Shown one piece after another: positions 26,888 through 41,202 of a DNA stretch of 64,000 nt. The notes beneath the pieces were generated by a model, which was not told the DNA's origin, did no database searches, and saw only the letters and a list, made by a program, of their open reading frames with translations. The DNA is from Saccostrea cucullata. Its lineage: Eukaryota. How positions within the stretch are numbered: the stretch's first letter is position 1; the number at the start of each line of letters is the position of its first letter. The stretch lies in contig NW_026936630.1 in the NCBI RefSeq assembly GCF_032062105.1, positions 1 to 64,000 of the forward strand, in the 5' to 3' direction. The translations under genes were made by a program, and so were the position numbers.

Positions 26888-28052
26888 ACAAGATGTGTTT
26901 GTGAAAACTGATGCCCCAGTATGGCAGCTTATGGCGAAGATTGAACTATCCTTAAACAGTTAAATGTAAACTTATTGGAAATACAATTCTGAAATATAAA
27001 AGTAGGTTTAAGTTTTTTCAGCAGCAGTCAAAAATCTCAAAGGTCATGGTCAAAAGATAAAGGTAATTGGTGTCCAATGAAAGGTCTTGCCACAAAAAAA
27101 TACATATATGTGAAGTATGGAAGTCCTAGCCCTAACCTTTCATAATTTATTGCCAAGGTCAAAAATTTTAAAAAGTAGGTCAAACTCTAAGTTCAAGTTC
27201 AAAAGGTCAAAGGTCTTACTATGAAATGAAAGGTCTTGTCACAAGGATTATCTATGTGAAATATGAGATCACCAGCCCTTAGCGTTCAAAGGTTATAAGT
27301 TATGCCCAAGGTTAAAGTTTTGTGATAAGAAATACAATCCCCAAGGTCAAGGTCAAAAGGTCTTCACCTGCTCAAAATTCAGAAATCATGGGCAAGGTTT
27401 AAAATTTTAAAAAGTAGGTCAAACTTCAAGGTCAATGGGTCTTGCTTTTAATAAAAGGTATTGTCACAAGAATTAAATAATAAAGTATGAAAGAACTAGC
27501 CCTGACCCTTTAAATGTTATGGTCAAGGTTTGCCTTTTAAAAGTAGGTCAAACTCTAAGGTCAAAGGCTCAGGGGCCAAAAGTTATTGGTATCCAATGAA
27601 AGGTCTACTCACAAGGATTATATACGTGAAGTATATTCGTTTAGAAATTTAATCAAGGTTACAGTTTTTTCATAAGTACAGAAATCTCCAATGTTAAGGT
27701 CAAATGGTCAAGTATGTTGCTATCTAATGAAACGGCTTTCCACAAATAATACATATCTGAAGTATAAATGTCCTGAAATTTACTGTTAAAAAGATATGGC
27801 CAAATTAAAAGTTTGGAATTTTTGTGTAAAAGTGGGTCAAACACCAAGGTCAAAAGGTCAAATTTGGTGATACCCTAAGAAAGGTATTGTCACAAAGAAT
27901 ACACGTGTGAAATATAAAAGTCTTAGCTCCACTAAATGAAAACTTATGAGAAGGGTTAAAGTTTTTGCAAAAACAGACAGAGAGAGGGGCAGACAGACGA
28001 AGGAGGAGGACACGACAAAAACATCCCCCAAATTTGTTTACGGGGGCAAAAA
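26888..28052 (+). mobile_element. Non-autonomous Helentron/HINE-type element with an internal degenerate tandem array
   Basis: Starts ACAAGATGTGTTTGTGAAA; repeated AAAGTAGGTCAAACT..AAGGTCAA and GAAAGGTCTTGTCACAAG units; GACA microsatellite and a terminal CCCCC..GGGGGC hairpin. Confidence 0.65.
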
Positions 28053-28896
28053 CAATGTATTTATTTCACCAACTTAACGTTTGGAGCAGAGGAATTATGT
28101 ATGTATTTTTACTATTATTCATTAGAGCCCCAAAACCACAACCCGTGATCATGTGGTCATGAAATTATTCAAATTTTGGAATAGGTACCATTCCTCATCA
28201 TAACTATGTTCTGGGTTTTTTCCTTAATGCCAAGGAGAAGAGGAGAAGATTTTAAAAGAAACAAGGCGTTTTCATTAAATCTATTTATAATAAATTTGGG
28301 GCCTGTAAATATTGACCGTGGGTCATGAATTTAAAATTTGGGTAGAGGACACAATACTTATTATAATCATACCACCATTTGGTGCTTCATGTTTGGGAGC
28401 AAGAAAAAGATTTTTAAATTTTTTAATTTTGAGGGTTTTAAGCCCAAACCCTCAGGTCCCAGGGGCACAGGGTCAAGAAATCACAAATTCTTCTTTTCCC
28501 ACCCATATATGGTTTAGTGGTTTCATAGAAGAAGTTAAAAATGCACAATAACCCACACAAAACAATAGCAATAGTCACCTGAGGAAAATTGCACATCAAT
28601 AGGAAAATAACCATATTTTTAGTATGTTTGCTTAATACCAAGGGGCAAAGAAATTTTTAAAATTTAAAAAAAAAAATTTCACATACATAAAAATCCCCAC
28701 CCAGGGACTTTGAATTTCATCTTTTGGTAGGCTCACCTGCTCATAATAACCATGCAATAAGTTTACATTTTTATAAGGATGCTAACCAAAAATAATTATG
28801 AATAACCCTGAAAATCTAAAATCTATAATCAAATTTGCTGTATTTAAACAAAATTGGAATGTATTAGATATTAAGAAAATTGAAATTTAACAATAC

Positions 28897-29080
28897 CCTC
28901 AGAGTGAAGTACTGTATGCAGAGCTGTCCGTCCATGGTTGTTTCTGATGTTAAAATCTGCTCCCCCCTCTAACAGCCTCTCTACAACCACTTCTTCATTT
29001 TGTTCACAAAAGTAGAGAAAAGGTGTTGTCCTTAAGCATTTATTACGTTTAGTTAAGCTCCTGGGGTGAACTTTAAAATC
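28897..29080 (-). pseudogene. Ankyrin-repeat coding fragment (probable exon of a degraded or mis-assembled gene extending to about 30070)
   Basis: Minus strand reads RTTPFLYFCEQNEEVVVERLLEGGADFNIRNNHGRTALHTV; nearby LLVAGYDP (ORF 29298-29540) and YKNGADVR (about 29890). Confidence 0.55.
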
Positions 29081-32000
29081 TGAAAGTAAGCTGCGATGTG
29101 AGATCTGTTTCTTAAAAATGTAGCATCATTTTGTCGCTCCCAAAATTTTGGGAAAAAAGACTGTTGCATATAAATGTTGTTCCTTTCTCCTGAAGCAGCA
29201 CGTTAAGAAAGGAAAGATCATCTAAAGAATAATTTTTCACTTAGTTTTGTACTGATAATTTCAAATGAAAATTGGAAACTAAAGATTATGATTTCAATCA
29301 ACAGATAATATAAAAGATATAAAGAAATTCCCACATGACACATTTCTCTATTATATTTTCCTCTTTAGAAAACGGATCATATCCTGCTACTAGTAACTTT
29401 CGGAAGTCCTCTGATTTGTTTAAGAGAAAGACATAACGGACTGTTGCCTTTTTCCCTCCTTTAAATTTGGATTCATATTGACTGACAAAAGAATTTGAAG
29501 TACAGTCCTTCGGCTTCGGTTCAATGTTGAATCTGTACAAAAAATATGCTTTAAATTTTTCTTTTTTTAATTTTATTTCAAAATAAATGTTATTTCAACT
29601 TACCTACCTCAGTCCTGGATTAGAAAGACGACTCCTTTATTTGAGAACAGTTTCTTTAGTGATACAAATTTGGGGTTGGACGAGGCTTTAAAAAAGTGTA
29701 TTAAAATATCTTTAATAATATTTTAATTTTGATTCCCATTTCAAGCTCTCTCTTGTCATTTAATTTTTTAAAGGTCTGCTTTTCCAGACTAAAAAAAGAG
29801 GACTAATCAAATTGTCTATATAATGGTGATAAATTAACCTTTCTTTAAATTCTTCTGTAAAGGGCATCTTTGGTTTCTCCGAATGTCTAACATCAGCACC
29901 ATTTTTATATGACAGTGTACAATGTTATCCCAAACAATGTGTGATATTGAATCGGTAACGTGTTACTCATTTAACAGGATTACAGTTTCCCCGGCATGGG
30001 AGTTTCTCAAAATAATTGTCTTTTTTCAAATATGATAATTTCCTTTAGCAAGGGCAGTAACCCTTGTTGACAAACTTTACCCCATACGAATTAAAATAGT
30101 TTATTTTTGCAAAGAACTTTTTTTAGATAAATTTTTAAACTTTTTTTTTCAATTGGTTTTAAAAACCCAAGGTTTATGATTATATAAATGGTAAAAATAT
30201 GTATAGCTCTATTATTATATAACTGTTTTTCTTTTTTAATCGGGTTTATGCAATCTGCAATCGACAGGATAAAAACGAAAAGGATTTGCACATTTTGTTG
30301 TTTCACCAGTAATCACAACTTATTTCTTCTACATCACTTAAATCAAGTTTTATGGAATTTTTTGAAAAGTTGGTTTATCAATGAAATATATGGAGATAAA
30401 GAAAAAATTTGAGCTCAAAAGTCCATTCAAACAGTACAAATCAGGAGCAAGAAAAGGGACTTCTTAAACATTAGAGGTGGGATCAGGTGTCACGGAGGAG
30501 TAGCATCCCCCCCCGTGTGCTCCCTGTCATGATGGGAAACAACGATAAAATTCTTTGACAATTCATTTTTTGAATAATGGCCTAACAATTATTAGGAAAA
30601 ACGTCAGTCAGCATTTGATCAAATAATTTATGGATTACTTTGAGCAGGGGGTTCGCGTACAGGTTATCATTTTTACCGAAATTATCAGTAAATAAAAAAT
30701 ACGTATAAAATACATATAATAATTGTCAATATAGGTATGACGTATTTTTGTATTAACTGAATATTTCGGTAAAATTGATAGGTACGCCAACTTCTGTGCT
30801 TTGAGAGTGAAATCTAAATATAGTTGACGGACATCAGCTCGTACCAAAAACAATATTAGTGAAGTAAGTATGTATGAACTCTGAACTATGAACTAGTCGT
30901 TTCGGAGTTTATTTAGAAAATTAATTAAATTATAAGTGCAGATGTCACACATATCTTTCAGCAGATATTTAATAACCGATTCGTTTCTTATCTTACCTTA
31001 TTTTTGAGATATTGATTGACATATATATTCCATGCCCTACAGTGTCAATGCAGAATATCCCAATCCTTACAGACACATTTTTCTGTCCATTATGAGACTT
31101 TTAAATATTTAGTTAAGATATAATTAAGTGGACTTCAGTGTGTATCTTTTAAAAAAATATCTAAAAATTTTAAGTGTAAATAGGCTTGAAAATTGAAAAA
31201 GTTTTTCCCCAATCACACTGCATCTGGATAGGAAAAATTGCGCAGTTAAGACAATTTAAGAAAAAAAATCACAAACACGTTTTTTATTCAGTATTTAAAA
31301 AAGATTTTCATTCGTTCAAGTCATTCATGTAATTTATTTACTAGAAAAATATGAAATGGTGATGCTTACCTTAATATTGCAAAGAAATCATTACCAAAAT
31401 GCAAACATGAAAAAATCATGTCATGTTTACGTTTTTTAAGGACGGAAAATCCTATGACGTCACACGAGCTGATTAATTTTCTTAAATGTATATTATTGTT
31501 CCAAACAATCCATCACGGTATGACAACTGGATATTTAATTAAGAGACGCAATTGAATTCATTTTTTCTAATGTTTAAGTTTAACAATCTGAAACCAATAT
31601 ATCAGTTTAAAAATTCTTTCCCGTGTTCATTTATGGAATAAATTACCTATGTATGTACGTTTTTCACCAACTGTAGAAAAACTTGTTAAAATGTAGAAAA
31701 GTTATCATGCTTGCGACTAAACTGTGTAAGTAACCCTCAATTCTATACATATTCCATACGTCCTTAAATTTTCTATATACAAGTAATATATTTCTTATGT
31801 AACTACAGACTGTAGCATTATTAAAGAATTTAAGCTACGGTATTGTACAATCATTGGCGTCGGAAACAAAAGGGAGAGGGCTAAGTGATAGACAAGAGAA
31901 AAAAAATTCAAACGTACACAAACATCTGAGAAGCAAAAAAAAAAAAAGGGAAAAAGTGCCTATTGTCCAAACACAAAAAAAACTATTTTCGGGAGGGAGG

Positions 32001-33014
32001 CGACAAAATTACGAATTTAACTAATATCATGTATTATAAAGAAAAAAAAATATTTCGGGGGTTGCATTTATAAACGATTCATGGGATTATTTTTCAAAAA
32101 TCAAGCTAATCCATTCATATTAAGTCCTCGATAAAAAGCGTGTTTAAACACTTCAACATGCTCGAGGAGAAAGACTAAAATCGTTTACTTTTGGTTTCAG
32201 TGGGAGTTTTTTTACTCACAAATTGAAGTAAAACAAGATAATATTAATAAATCTGTAGAAATTCATTCTTCAAAGTAAATGTTCCAAAGATGTTTATTAA
32301 TAAAAAAAATAATAAAAAAAATCATGTAAACAATAATAATTAATATAATAGAAATACCAGCTTTCAACATGCGCAGTCTATAGAGCTTCCAGGTATGAAA
32401 GATCATCGAAACATTTTAGCGCAATTTGACGTCATTTTAATTGTGACGTTTTTATATTTAAGAAATAAGGTATCTTTTTTTTTTAGTTTTATTGGGATGT
32501 AAAAGGGTTGGTCAGTAATCAATAGGGTATTTTCATGACATTCAATTTGAAATCATATGAAAAGTAAACCGGATACCTATATTAAATTTGATATTGATTT
32601 AAAGAAGAGGCCATGAACTTACTAATTACCGTTTTCTGAGAGACTGTAGGCAACCTGGATACATTTCCTTTGTCGAATATGAAAAAACTCCGGTCCAATA
32701 TTCATGAATGGTTTTCTTATTTTTCATTGAAAATGACAGTTCAAAATACAGTTTTTCATCTTGTTTACCTACAAATTATGCCCCGAAACACCTTTTGACC
32801 AAGCTAAAGTTGTAAAGCATCAATAAAGGAATTTATTTCTCAAATTTGATAAATCTGTAGGCACCTTTCATTTACTAGATCTTGACCTTAAATGAAACAT
32901 TGAAATGTAAAAACAAATAAGCGAAGACAGAAAAAGATAGAAGAGTTTATATCAGTATATCTTTACCAATTTTAAAATGCTTTTGTTCTTTATTATTGAA
33001 TGGGCTGTTTACAG

Positions 33015-36000
33015 GTAATGACGTCGCTATTGTTGGAACTACAGTGGAATTATGTATCTATTGTTCACGAAAACAACGCATACGGCCTTCATGGCGCAGA
33101 AACATTGCAAGTGGTTTTGAAAAAACATGGAATATGCATCCGCACCATAAATGGATTTAATACAACATATGGGGTTGAATTATCTCTTCTTAATCAAATC
33201 ATTAAAAACGTCACTTCGCCAGCAGATGGCGCAGTCAGTGGCATACTGTTTTTTGGTGGTCAAATTTCCGCCGAAAAATTTTTGACGGCCCTTGCAGACC
33301 TGAAACTCGGTGGAGATACGCCATCAGTAATATTTTCAGAAGGTGCCGGAACTTCGAATGTTGTGTTTAATGATAGAACTTTACCAGCATCTAGGGGAAA
33401 CCTTGTTGTGAGTCCTACATATCAACCGGTGGAAGAATTTCTGACGCACTGGAGAAACATTTTTCAAAACGAGACAGTGTTAGCTCAAGAGAAGATAACG
33501 AATCCTTGGCTTGAGGACGTATTAAGAGAAATTAAAACTTGTGGTAACTGCGAGTTTCCCACGGTAGAAGATATAAATGATGCCGCATCAAACAATATCT
33601 ACGTAAAATTTGCTCTAGAAACTGTTTGCATGTTTGCGAAAGCTTTAAAAGATTCTCGACAATTATTGTGTTCTAACGAAAACTGCAGTTCCCTTCAGGC
33701 TAATGCCATGAATATTTTTTCAAATTCTTTAAAATCTGTCGACGTGAACGTGTCTGTGGAGTTTTCAGCAATTCTTCCTACAAATATTCGATTAAAATTT
33801 GACAAAAATGGTGATATTGACTCCAATGTAAAGAGAACTGAGTTGTCGGTATATAACCACCGAAAATGTGTTAAAGACAATTCAAAATTTTGTTTTGTCC
33901 AGGTATGTATCTAGTGTTCATACGATGAAAAAAGATTTAGCAAATGAAATGATTTATACTTACAGAGTTCCAAATGAGTAAAAAAAAATCCGAGAGAGGG
34001 ACGCTAAACAACAAACAAAAAAATAGAGATCATGGCGGTTGTGGTCGGTCAACAGGGGATGCTTAAATCCCAGTCACATTTCCAAAAACGACCAGCGGCC
34101 GACGGGTTTGAAGCAAAAATGGGATTCTTCGGATGACAGTCGGCAGATCATCGGCCATTGTCTTGCCCGATTTTGACTTCTTTTTTTGTCGGCCGACCAA
34201 TTTTGTGTCCATCGGTCCAAGTTATAATTTTTTCTGCGTCGGTGGCCGATTTCTTCAATTGACGTTATCTGTCGACCAACCTTCGATCATCGTCCGACCA
34301 TCGGTGGTCAGTTTATTAAGTCGGTTGTCCGTCGTTCGACAAAAAGGGTGTCCAAAATTTCTGCCGACGGTTAAAATCTAACTGTAGCTCTAGGCTCAAT
34401 GATCGGGCGACGATTGGCCGACTTATAAATATTTAACATAGTAAAGATGCATAACACAATACTAAATTTTGATGCATGGATTGATGTATATTTTTTGAAC
34501 GGAAATAACATAGATAATTGATCCGTAATATATAAAGGAATCTTAAGTATTCTTTGCTGCTAAGATTTGCATAATTTGTCGTTTTTATGCAATTCTATAC
34601 AATTTTGCACACATTATCAACATTGAGTCACAATTTTATAAAATTCTGCCACTTTGCCTTGCAAACATTACTCACGTCACCTATCTGAATATAGATCTAT
34701 GAAAAAATATTGCTGGTTTCTAAAGAAAAAAGATTTTTTGTGTTATTTATCCAAGTCATCGGTGTTCTTAAGAATTAATGTGACTGCTCCTGTCGCCCGA
34801 TACTTGTGTCGGCCGATCAAATTCTTGCAGCCGACAAGACCAGAAAAATTTAGTCGCCCGACCATCAGCTTAAATGTGACCTAGGCATTACTCTCCCTAG
34901 GCACCTGATCCCACCTCTGGAATTTCCAGGGGTCCGCATTTATGCCCTCTTCACATATATACATTGTTTAACGATTTTTTTCAAGATCAATCACCACTCC
35001 TTATCTGCATCTTTTACATTACAACAATCTGAATGACATCTTTATCACTATTGATTAATCATTGTTTTTTGAATAATTTTCCTTCCTCGTTATTTTTTTC
35101 TTAGGTTGAAGAGGTTGTATACCCCTTTTTATATTTAAATCTTTCTTTTTTTAAATCTTCACATTTGGAATCTAACAGAAACATACATGAAGTGGTAATG
35201 TGAGCAAAAACTGAGCTTCCACAAATGTTAGTAGTGTGATTCTTTGATACATTTAAATGAACTGCATTGAAAATAATTCCCGTCTCCAGTTTTTTCTTAA
35301 AAGTAGATTTTAAGTTCCCAATTGATGCTCTTTCCATAATTTTTTTTTACAAACATACTGGGGTTTATTTGTTTTTGTATCAAGTGTCTTTTTTTGATCA
35401 AAAAATCCTTTCGCAGACATTTTTTGTGTTGGATTTTGGGGTTAAAGAGTTATTTTAAAAAGATTTAATTTTTGCAGGTGGCGAATTACTTTGACGATAA
35501 AATTTCTATAAATAGAACTTTACTGAAAGATTACGACCAAAAAGGTGACGAAAGAAGCTTCCACAAAGCCCAGTGTAAACAAGGCGACATCTGTACGTCC
35601 TGTATTGGAAACAACGAACACTTATACTACAAACCCGGAGACTTGATCATTGTTGCGGCATTCCCTATCCATAACGTCGGCACTGAACCTTTACGGTGTG
35701 GAGGATTGCGAAGTAATACGGGTCTTGACGTAGCTTTGGCCATAGAACACGCCGTGGAAACGATTAATAAAGATTCAACCATTTTCAGTGGTACTTCAAT
35801 CGGTTTCATAATTTTAGATACTTGTAATGACCCTTTAATCATTCAGCAACGCGTACTACATCTATTTCGGAAGGATGGATATCCAAGACTTCCGCCAGAT
35901 ATCGCAGATAGGATTCTTGGTTACGTTGGATCGTTAGGGAGTACACCGACTATTGCAATGGTCTCTGTCACAAAGAAGCTTGAAGGAAAGCCCCAGGTAT

Positions 36001-39000
36001 TCACGAATATAGATTAATTTTCTTCTTAATTTTTTTTCTCGATAAAAAAAAAATCAATAAATAAGAGTTTTGTTATCTAAGTATATAGTGTGATTTTTCT
36101 TTGCTTGGGTATTTTTTTTACTAGTTTTTCTTTTTTATAATTCCCATAAATTTTCGACATCGATAGTTCCGAAGGTTCTCTATTCAAAAACAAAGTTTAC
36201 ATATTGCGTTTTAAACAATTGATTCTTTTCTTCATTGTGCGAATTTTACATTGTTTATTTGAAAAATCCTGTCTCATTTTTATTGCTGAAAGGTTGGATG
36301 TTGTTCAACGTCTTCAGTGCTTTCCAACAAAGAACAGTATCCAAACTTTGTACGAGTTTCAACGCCACTTGATAGGACAGCAGATACGATGGTTCAAGTA
36401 GCCAAAAAACTAAATGCAAAATACATTCAAATCATATATAGCTCCGGATCCTATGGTGAAGTTGGAAAAAATGCCATCATATCGAGTGCGAGGAACTACG
36501 GTGTCTGTGTAGCAAACTCGATTGAAGTGCCTGAAAAATCTAACTATAACACGGTTCTAGACAAGCTTCGAGTTAAACCCTCGGCCAAAGTGGTTTTGAC
36601 TTTTCTTCGTTCTCACGTTGGGCCTCATGTTATGCAGGTTACGGCAAATAGGATGCAAGCAGAGGGTGAGTTTTACTTTATAGCATCAGAAACTCTTGGC
36701 ACGCGCACACAGTACCTTATTCCAAGACTGAGAGGGACTGTATCCGTTGCGCAGGTGATGCCACAAGATACCTCCTATTTGCAATATTTGAGAACCAAGT
36801 CGCCAAAACCAACAGATGACAATGCTTGGCTTCTTAATATAATTCAAAGTCGCCAACGATGCTACTTTCCGTGGAGCTTTAATAAAAGTGATGCTCTGAC
36901 TCGACAATGTGGATCCAGTGACCATATTTTTAATAACGCTAGCCTTTTGGTCGACCCATGGGCACCATACCTTTTAAATGCTGCTCTAGCCTTATTGAAG
37001 GGTTCCGCTAGTGCATTGCGCGATATATGCCAAACAACGAAAACAATTTGTTCAGGATATTCTGATACAAACAAGGTTCTGCAACACATAAAAAATGTCA
37101 AACTTGACCTCAACCAAAACGGTTCATCAGTTCCAGTCTTTGATGAAAACGGAAATGGGATATATGGTCATACTATATATGCCATAGTATCTGAAGAAGG
37201 AACATTGTCTTTCAAAATGGTAAGCTTTGGACAAACCTCGTGTAATACTTAGAACATAAAGTACTAAGTACTTCTAGGCCTATATAGTCTCCTTTTTCAA
37301 GAAAAACTGGTTATTTTGTAATATGAAACTTTCATTAGATAGGACATTGGTCACATTCAGCCGGTTTAACTTTTGGTCATGAAGACGAAATTTTTCCGGG
37401 TTATTCTGGTCAGACGGAGTGTCCAAATCCACAGGACTGTACATTCTGCAACAGTTTCCTGCGGACAGTTGGCACTAGAAGTGATGTCGGTGCAGTGACG
37501 TCATCTGAACTGTAAGTAGACTGAAGATTGTTTTACGATTATTGATTAAAGATTGCTTTACCAGTATCATTCATACTAGTATCTGTATCATAAAGCAGGA
37601 TATCTTAATTAACACATGTAATTAATATGTTAACGTTTGAAAAACTGCAAATGAGAAAATTGAATTATTTTATGCAAAAGAAAAATATTTTGATAATCAT
37701 ATTAAATATTATTAATACAAGTTAACAATGTAATTTACAATAAATATAAATCACAAGATTTAGAATGTGTATCAATTACCAGTTTACGAACGTGACATTC
37801 AATTGAAAAATTACACGTTTTTTGTAATATAATGAACACTTTTCGTAAAAAAAAAAAAAATTTAAAATACAAATTTATATATATACGCTTTTGAACCGGA
37901 TACCTTTGGAATGCTCTTATCAAGAAATAAGAGTGCTGTATGTTAAAAGAAGAAAAAAATTACTGATTTTAAGTAAAATATTGTATTTTGTCTTACCCAG
38001 GTTATCAACGGCAAATATGTCTCTGATTGTAGCTGTATCGGTCACAAGCTTTCTTGCTATTTTATTCATCGGTCTTTTTTCGTACCAATGTTATCAAAAA
38101 CGTCAAGGTAATTATCAATTTGCTATCATTAAATTTACCACAAAAAAATGAATTTAGAAATGAGAATATATGTACATGTCTCAAATTTTTGTACTTCTTT
38201 TAATTTTAAATGTATGCGTTTTCTCAATTAAGTTTAGGAGAAAAATTATTATTCTGTATAGTCTTAAAATTTTGGCGTACAGCAAAGCTAGATTTTAGGG
38301 TAAAATAAACACGAATATGAAAAGCTTTCATTTAGTAGACACTGACTAATACAACTGGCAAAAAATCTTAGGTTTCTCAAGTACCAGTGCATCAGTTTAA
38401 CCAATGCTGCATTGGTCGATTTTATTGGCATATTGAAAAAGGGACAGGCTAAATTATGTTTTCTTTCCAGATGTTTTGTCCCTTTTTTATTTATGCAAAT
38501 AGAAATACGTGTTAATTACATAAAGAATGTATTTCTTTTTGAAAAATTATTTTGAAGCTTGCTTGGAAGAGAGATGTTTGAAATGACATTTTTTTTAAAG
38601 TTAAGTACATTGTTAAGGTCAAACGACACAATCCCCAAAAATATATAATTTTTCCCAAGAATTTATCACTGAAATCTACAATGTAGGTACTTAAACAAGT
38701 TTCCAGGCATTCGGTCCAGATACCAAAATTTGATATTTGTTATCTTATAGGGGTAATCTTCTGAATTTTTGGTGTATTTATATTTAAAAACATATTAAAA
38801 ACAATGTAAAAATCCCAAGAGAATGACAATTATGCATACTTTTTCCTATAATACCAAGAAATGCAAAACATATATTTGGGGAAGGTTCTATTGACTGAAA
38901 GAACAAATGGATGGCACCTGCTTAAAAAAATTGTCAGCGCCATTGAATTGTTTTTAGCCCTAAAAAGTAAAATAAAAATGAATACAGTTTCTCATTTCAG

Positions 39001-39235
39001 CTAATCTCAAATTCTTTTCAAAGAGAAAACTCTTATTGATGTGAAAGCCTTCTTTTAAATGAAGAAAAGGGTAATACAATGTTCGTCAATTTCAGAAGCT
39101 GCAGCAAATCCTTATATTACACCTAGTGGCATGGAGGGGATCGGAAATGAGTGTTATTTGGAGGTCCGCGACATGGAAAGATTTAACTCAAATAACGAGA
39201 TGGATTGTATGGGATATAATTTTTACGAAACTTGA
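33015..39235 (+). CDS. Tandem Venus-flytrap single-pass receptor, copy A (5' exons not found in window). Exons 33015-33902, 35478-35996, 36293-37219, 37339-37511, 38001-38107, 39096-39235
   Basis: Class C GPCR ectodomain motifs twice (WNYVSIVHENNAYG, NPWL, YKPGDLII, GFIILDTC, YPNFVRVS, FDENGNG); one hydrophobic helix LIVAVSVTSFLAILFIGLF; stop at 39233-39235. All junctions are GT-AG and phase-consistent (917 codons). Confidence 0.85.
34066..34887. mobile_element. MITE with TTA TSD (PIF/Harbinger-like) inserted in a PLE 3' motif within an intron
   Basis: GGGGATGCTTA|AATCCCAGTCACATTT...AAATGTGACCTAGGCA|TTACTCTCCCTAGGCACCTGATCC. Confidence 0.65.
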
Positions 39236-39859
39236 TTGCTTCTTCCATATTTTATATATATACTGAAAATTGATTCCTTATTACGTTTTATATAAATATA
39301 GCTTTTGAATACCTACATTTTTTTTTCAATTTATTTTGAACAACCTAATTCTAAAAATACGTCATGAATAAATTGCATCATTTTTTTATGTATGGCATTT
39401 TAAACAATTATTCTCATTCTCAATTATATATTGTATAATACACTTTAAATTCTTTTTTAAGTGCAAAATGGTATAATGTAACTCATCTTTTACAATAGAT
39501 AGAAACCCCAAAGACATCATTAACTAATTAAAGGAAATACTAATCATGTTGATTTCTATTTTTATAAATTAATAAAATATTTTGAACAATTGGAAATATG
39601 TACTTTTTCAAACGTTGTGTTTGTTCAGTTTAGGATTCGTATTAATTAAAGTTTAGGCTTCTTCATGTAATTGACAGCTTTTTTTTTTTTTTAAAACAAA
39701 ATACGAAAATGGAACTCTTCATTTGTTTTCGTTCATTTGTAAAATACAGTAGGTAAAAATGCCTGTCTTAGTTGTCTCCATAAAAAGACGTCATGTAATA
39801 TAACAACAAAAACTTATTATAAACTTGATGATTTCAACTTTTCTATCGTCAATTTCTTA

Positions 39860-39862
<3 letters not shown>

Positions 39863-39940
<78 letters not shown>
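39863..39940. repeat. (TA)n microsatellite
   Basis: Direct reading. Confidence 0.95.
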
Positions 39941-39943
<3 letters not shown>

Positions 39944-40377
39944 ATGAAAATTATCGCCTGTAAATGAGGTTTATGTTTCCAAGTTTATTCGAAAAATAAG
40001 AACATGCTCTAATTACTGACAATTCTAAAACGAAAGCAACTATAAACAAACATATCAATAGTCTCATTTAAAGTCAATATTTTGCAATTTATATGGTCAA
40101 TACAATTTACTTGTCAACAAAAACAATCTTACTGAAGTTGAATGTTGAAAAACATTATTCATACAAATTGCTAGGCTTTAATTATCACGCTTTTGTCCGA
40201 TCATGGCATAGAGCACACGGTGAGTGTGACCGGTGGACACAGGATGCTTGCTCCTCCATGGCACATGATCCAAACTCAGATGTCTTTAGATGCCTCTGTT
40301 TGTTCTGTTCCCATTTTGTATTGTTTTCATTTACTGTTTGTCATCATCATATTTCAATGATAAATGATATAGAAATA

Positions 40378-40383
<6 letters not shown>

Positions 40384-40442
<59 letters not shown>
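40384..40442. repeat. (TC)n microsatellite
   Basis: Direct reading. Confidence 0.95.
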
Positions 40443-40445
<3 letters not shown>

Positions 40446-41202
40446 TATCACATATGTAGTAAGGGAATTAATAATACAGCTATTGCAACCAAAAATTTAA
40501 AAAAAAATACGCAAGTTATGTTTGCAACAGCTGCAAAGGTTCTAATTACTAGCAACCAAAGAAAGCATTTTATTATCTAAATAAGCTTCATGAGTGGAAA
40601 AAAATATGATCACAGAATAATTATTTGTTAGCTTGGACATTAAATTAAAAAAAAATTCTCCTATTTTCAAATTTGTATCTTCGAGACAAATATACGTAAA
40701 GGAGAAATCCTTAAATGTATATAAGTAAACCTTTTCTATAAGGTAGTAATAAAAACAGAAAACGAAGGAATTTGTATATTTATTATATTTATGATCAATG
40801 TTCCAGACCACCATCCATTGATTTACAATAGAAACGATTATAACTATTATCATATCCTCCTAAAATTTAAATAAACAAGATATCAAGGGCGATCCATAAA
40901 CATCTTTGAGGTTTAATTCAGTTTTTAAAAAATCTTAATATGTTCATTTATGCACGACGACTTATTTCGAGAATGACGGTTAAGGTTTAAGAAACAGAGA
41001 AACGGTGAACGCTTTACGGGTTTTAAATATTTTCCTTGCGACATCCACCAGAAGATTTGATTTGGGTGAGGCATCGTCTTTTTGTCCCGGGGGAGGAGAA
41101 AGGGAAATATTAGAATTCTCAAATTTCCCCGTCCAGATAATCAGAAGAAAAGTAAATGGACTGGAGGTAAGAGTCTTCATGTGTAACGCACGAAAGATCT
41201 CG

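Noticed and set aside
40093-40500. 135-aa ORF
   Set aside because: Chance read-through of a PLE 3' fragment and a (TC)n microsatellite
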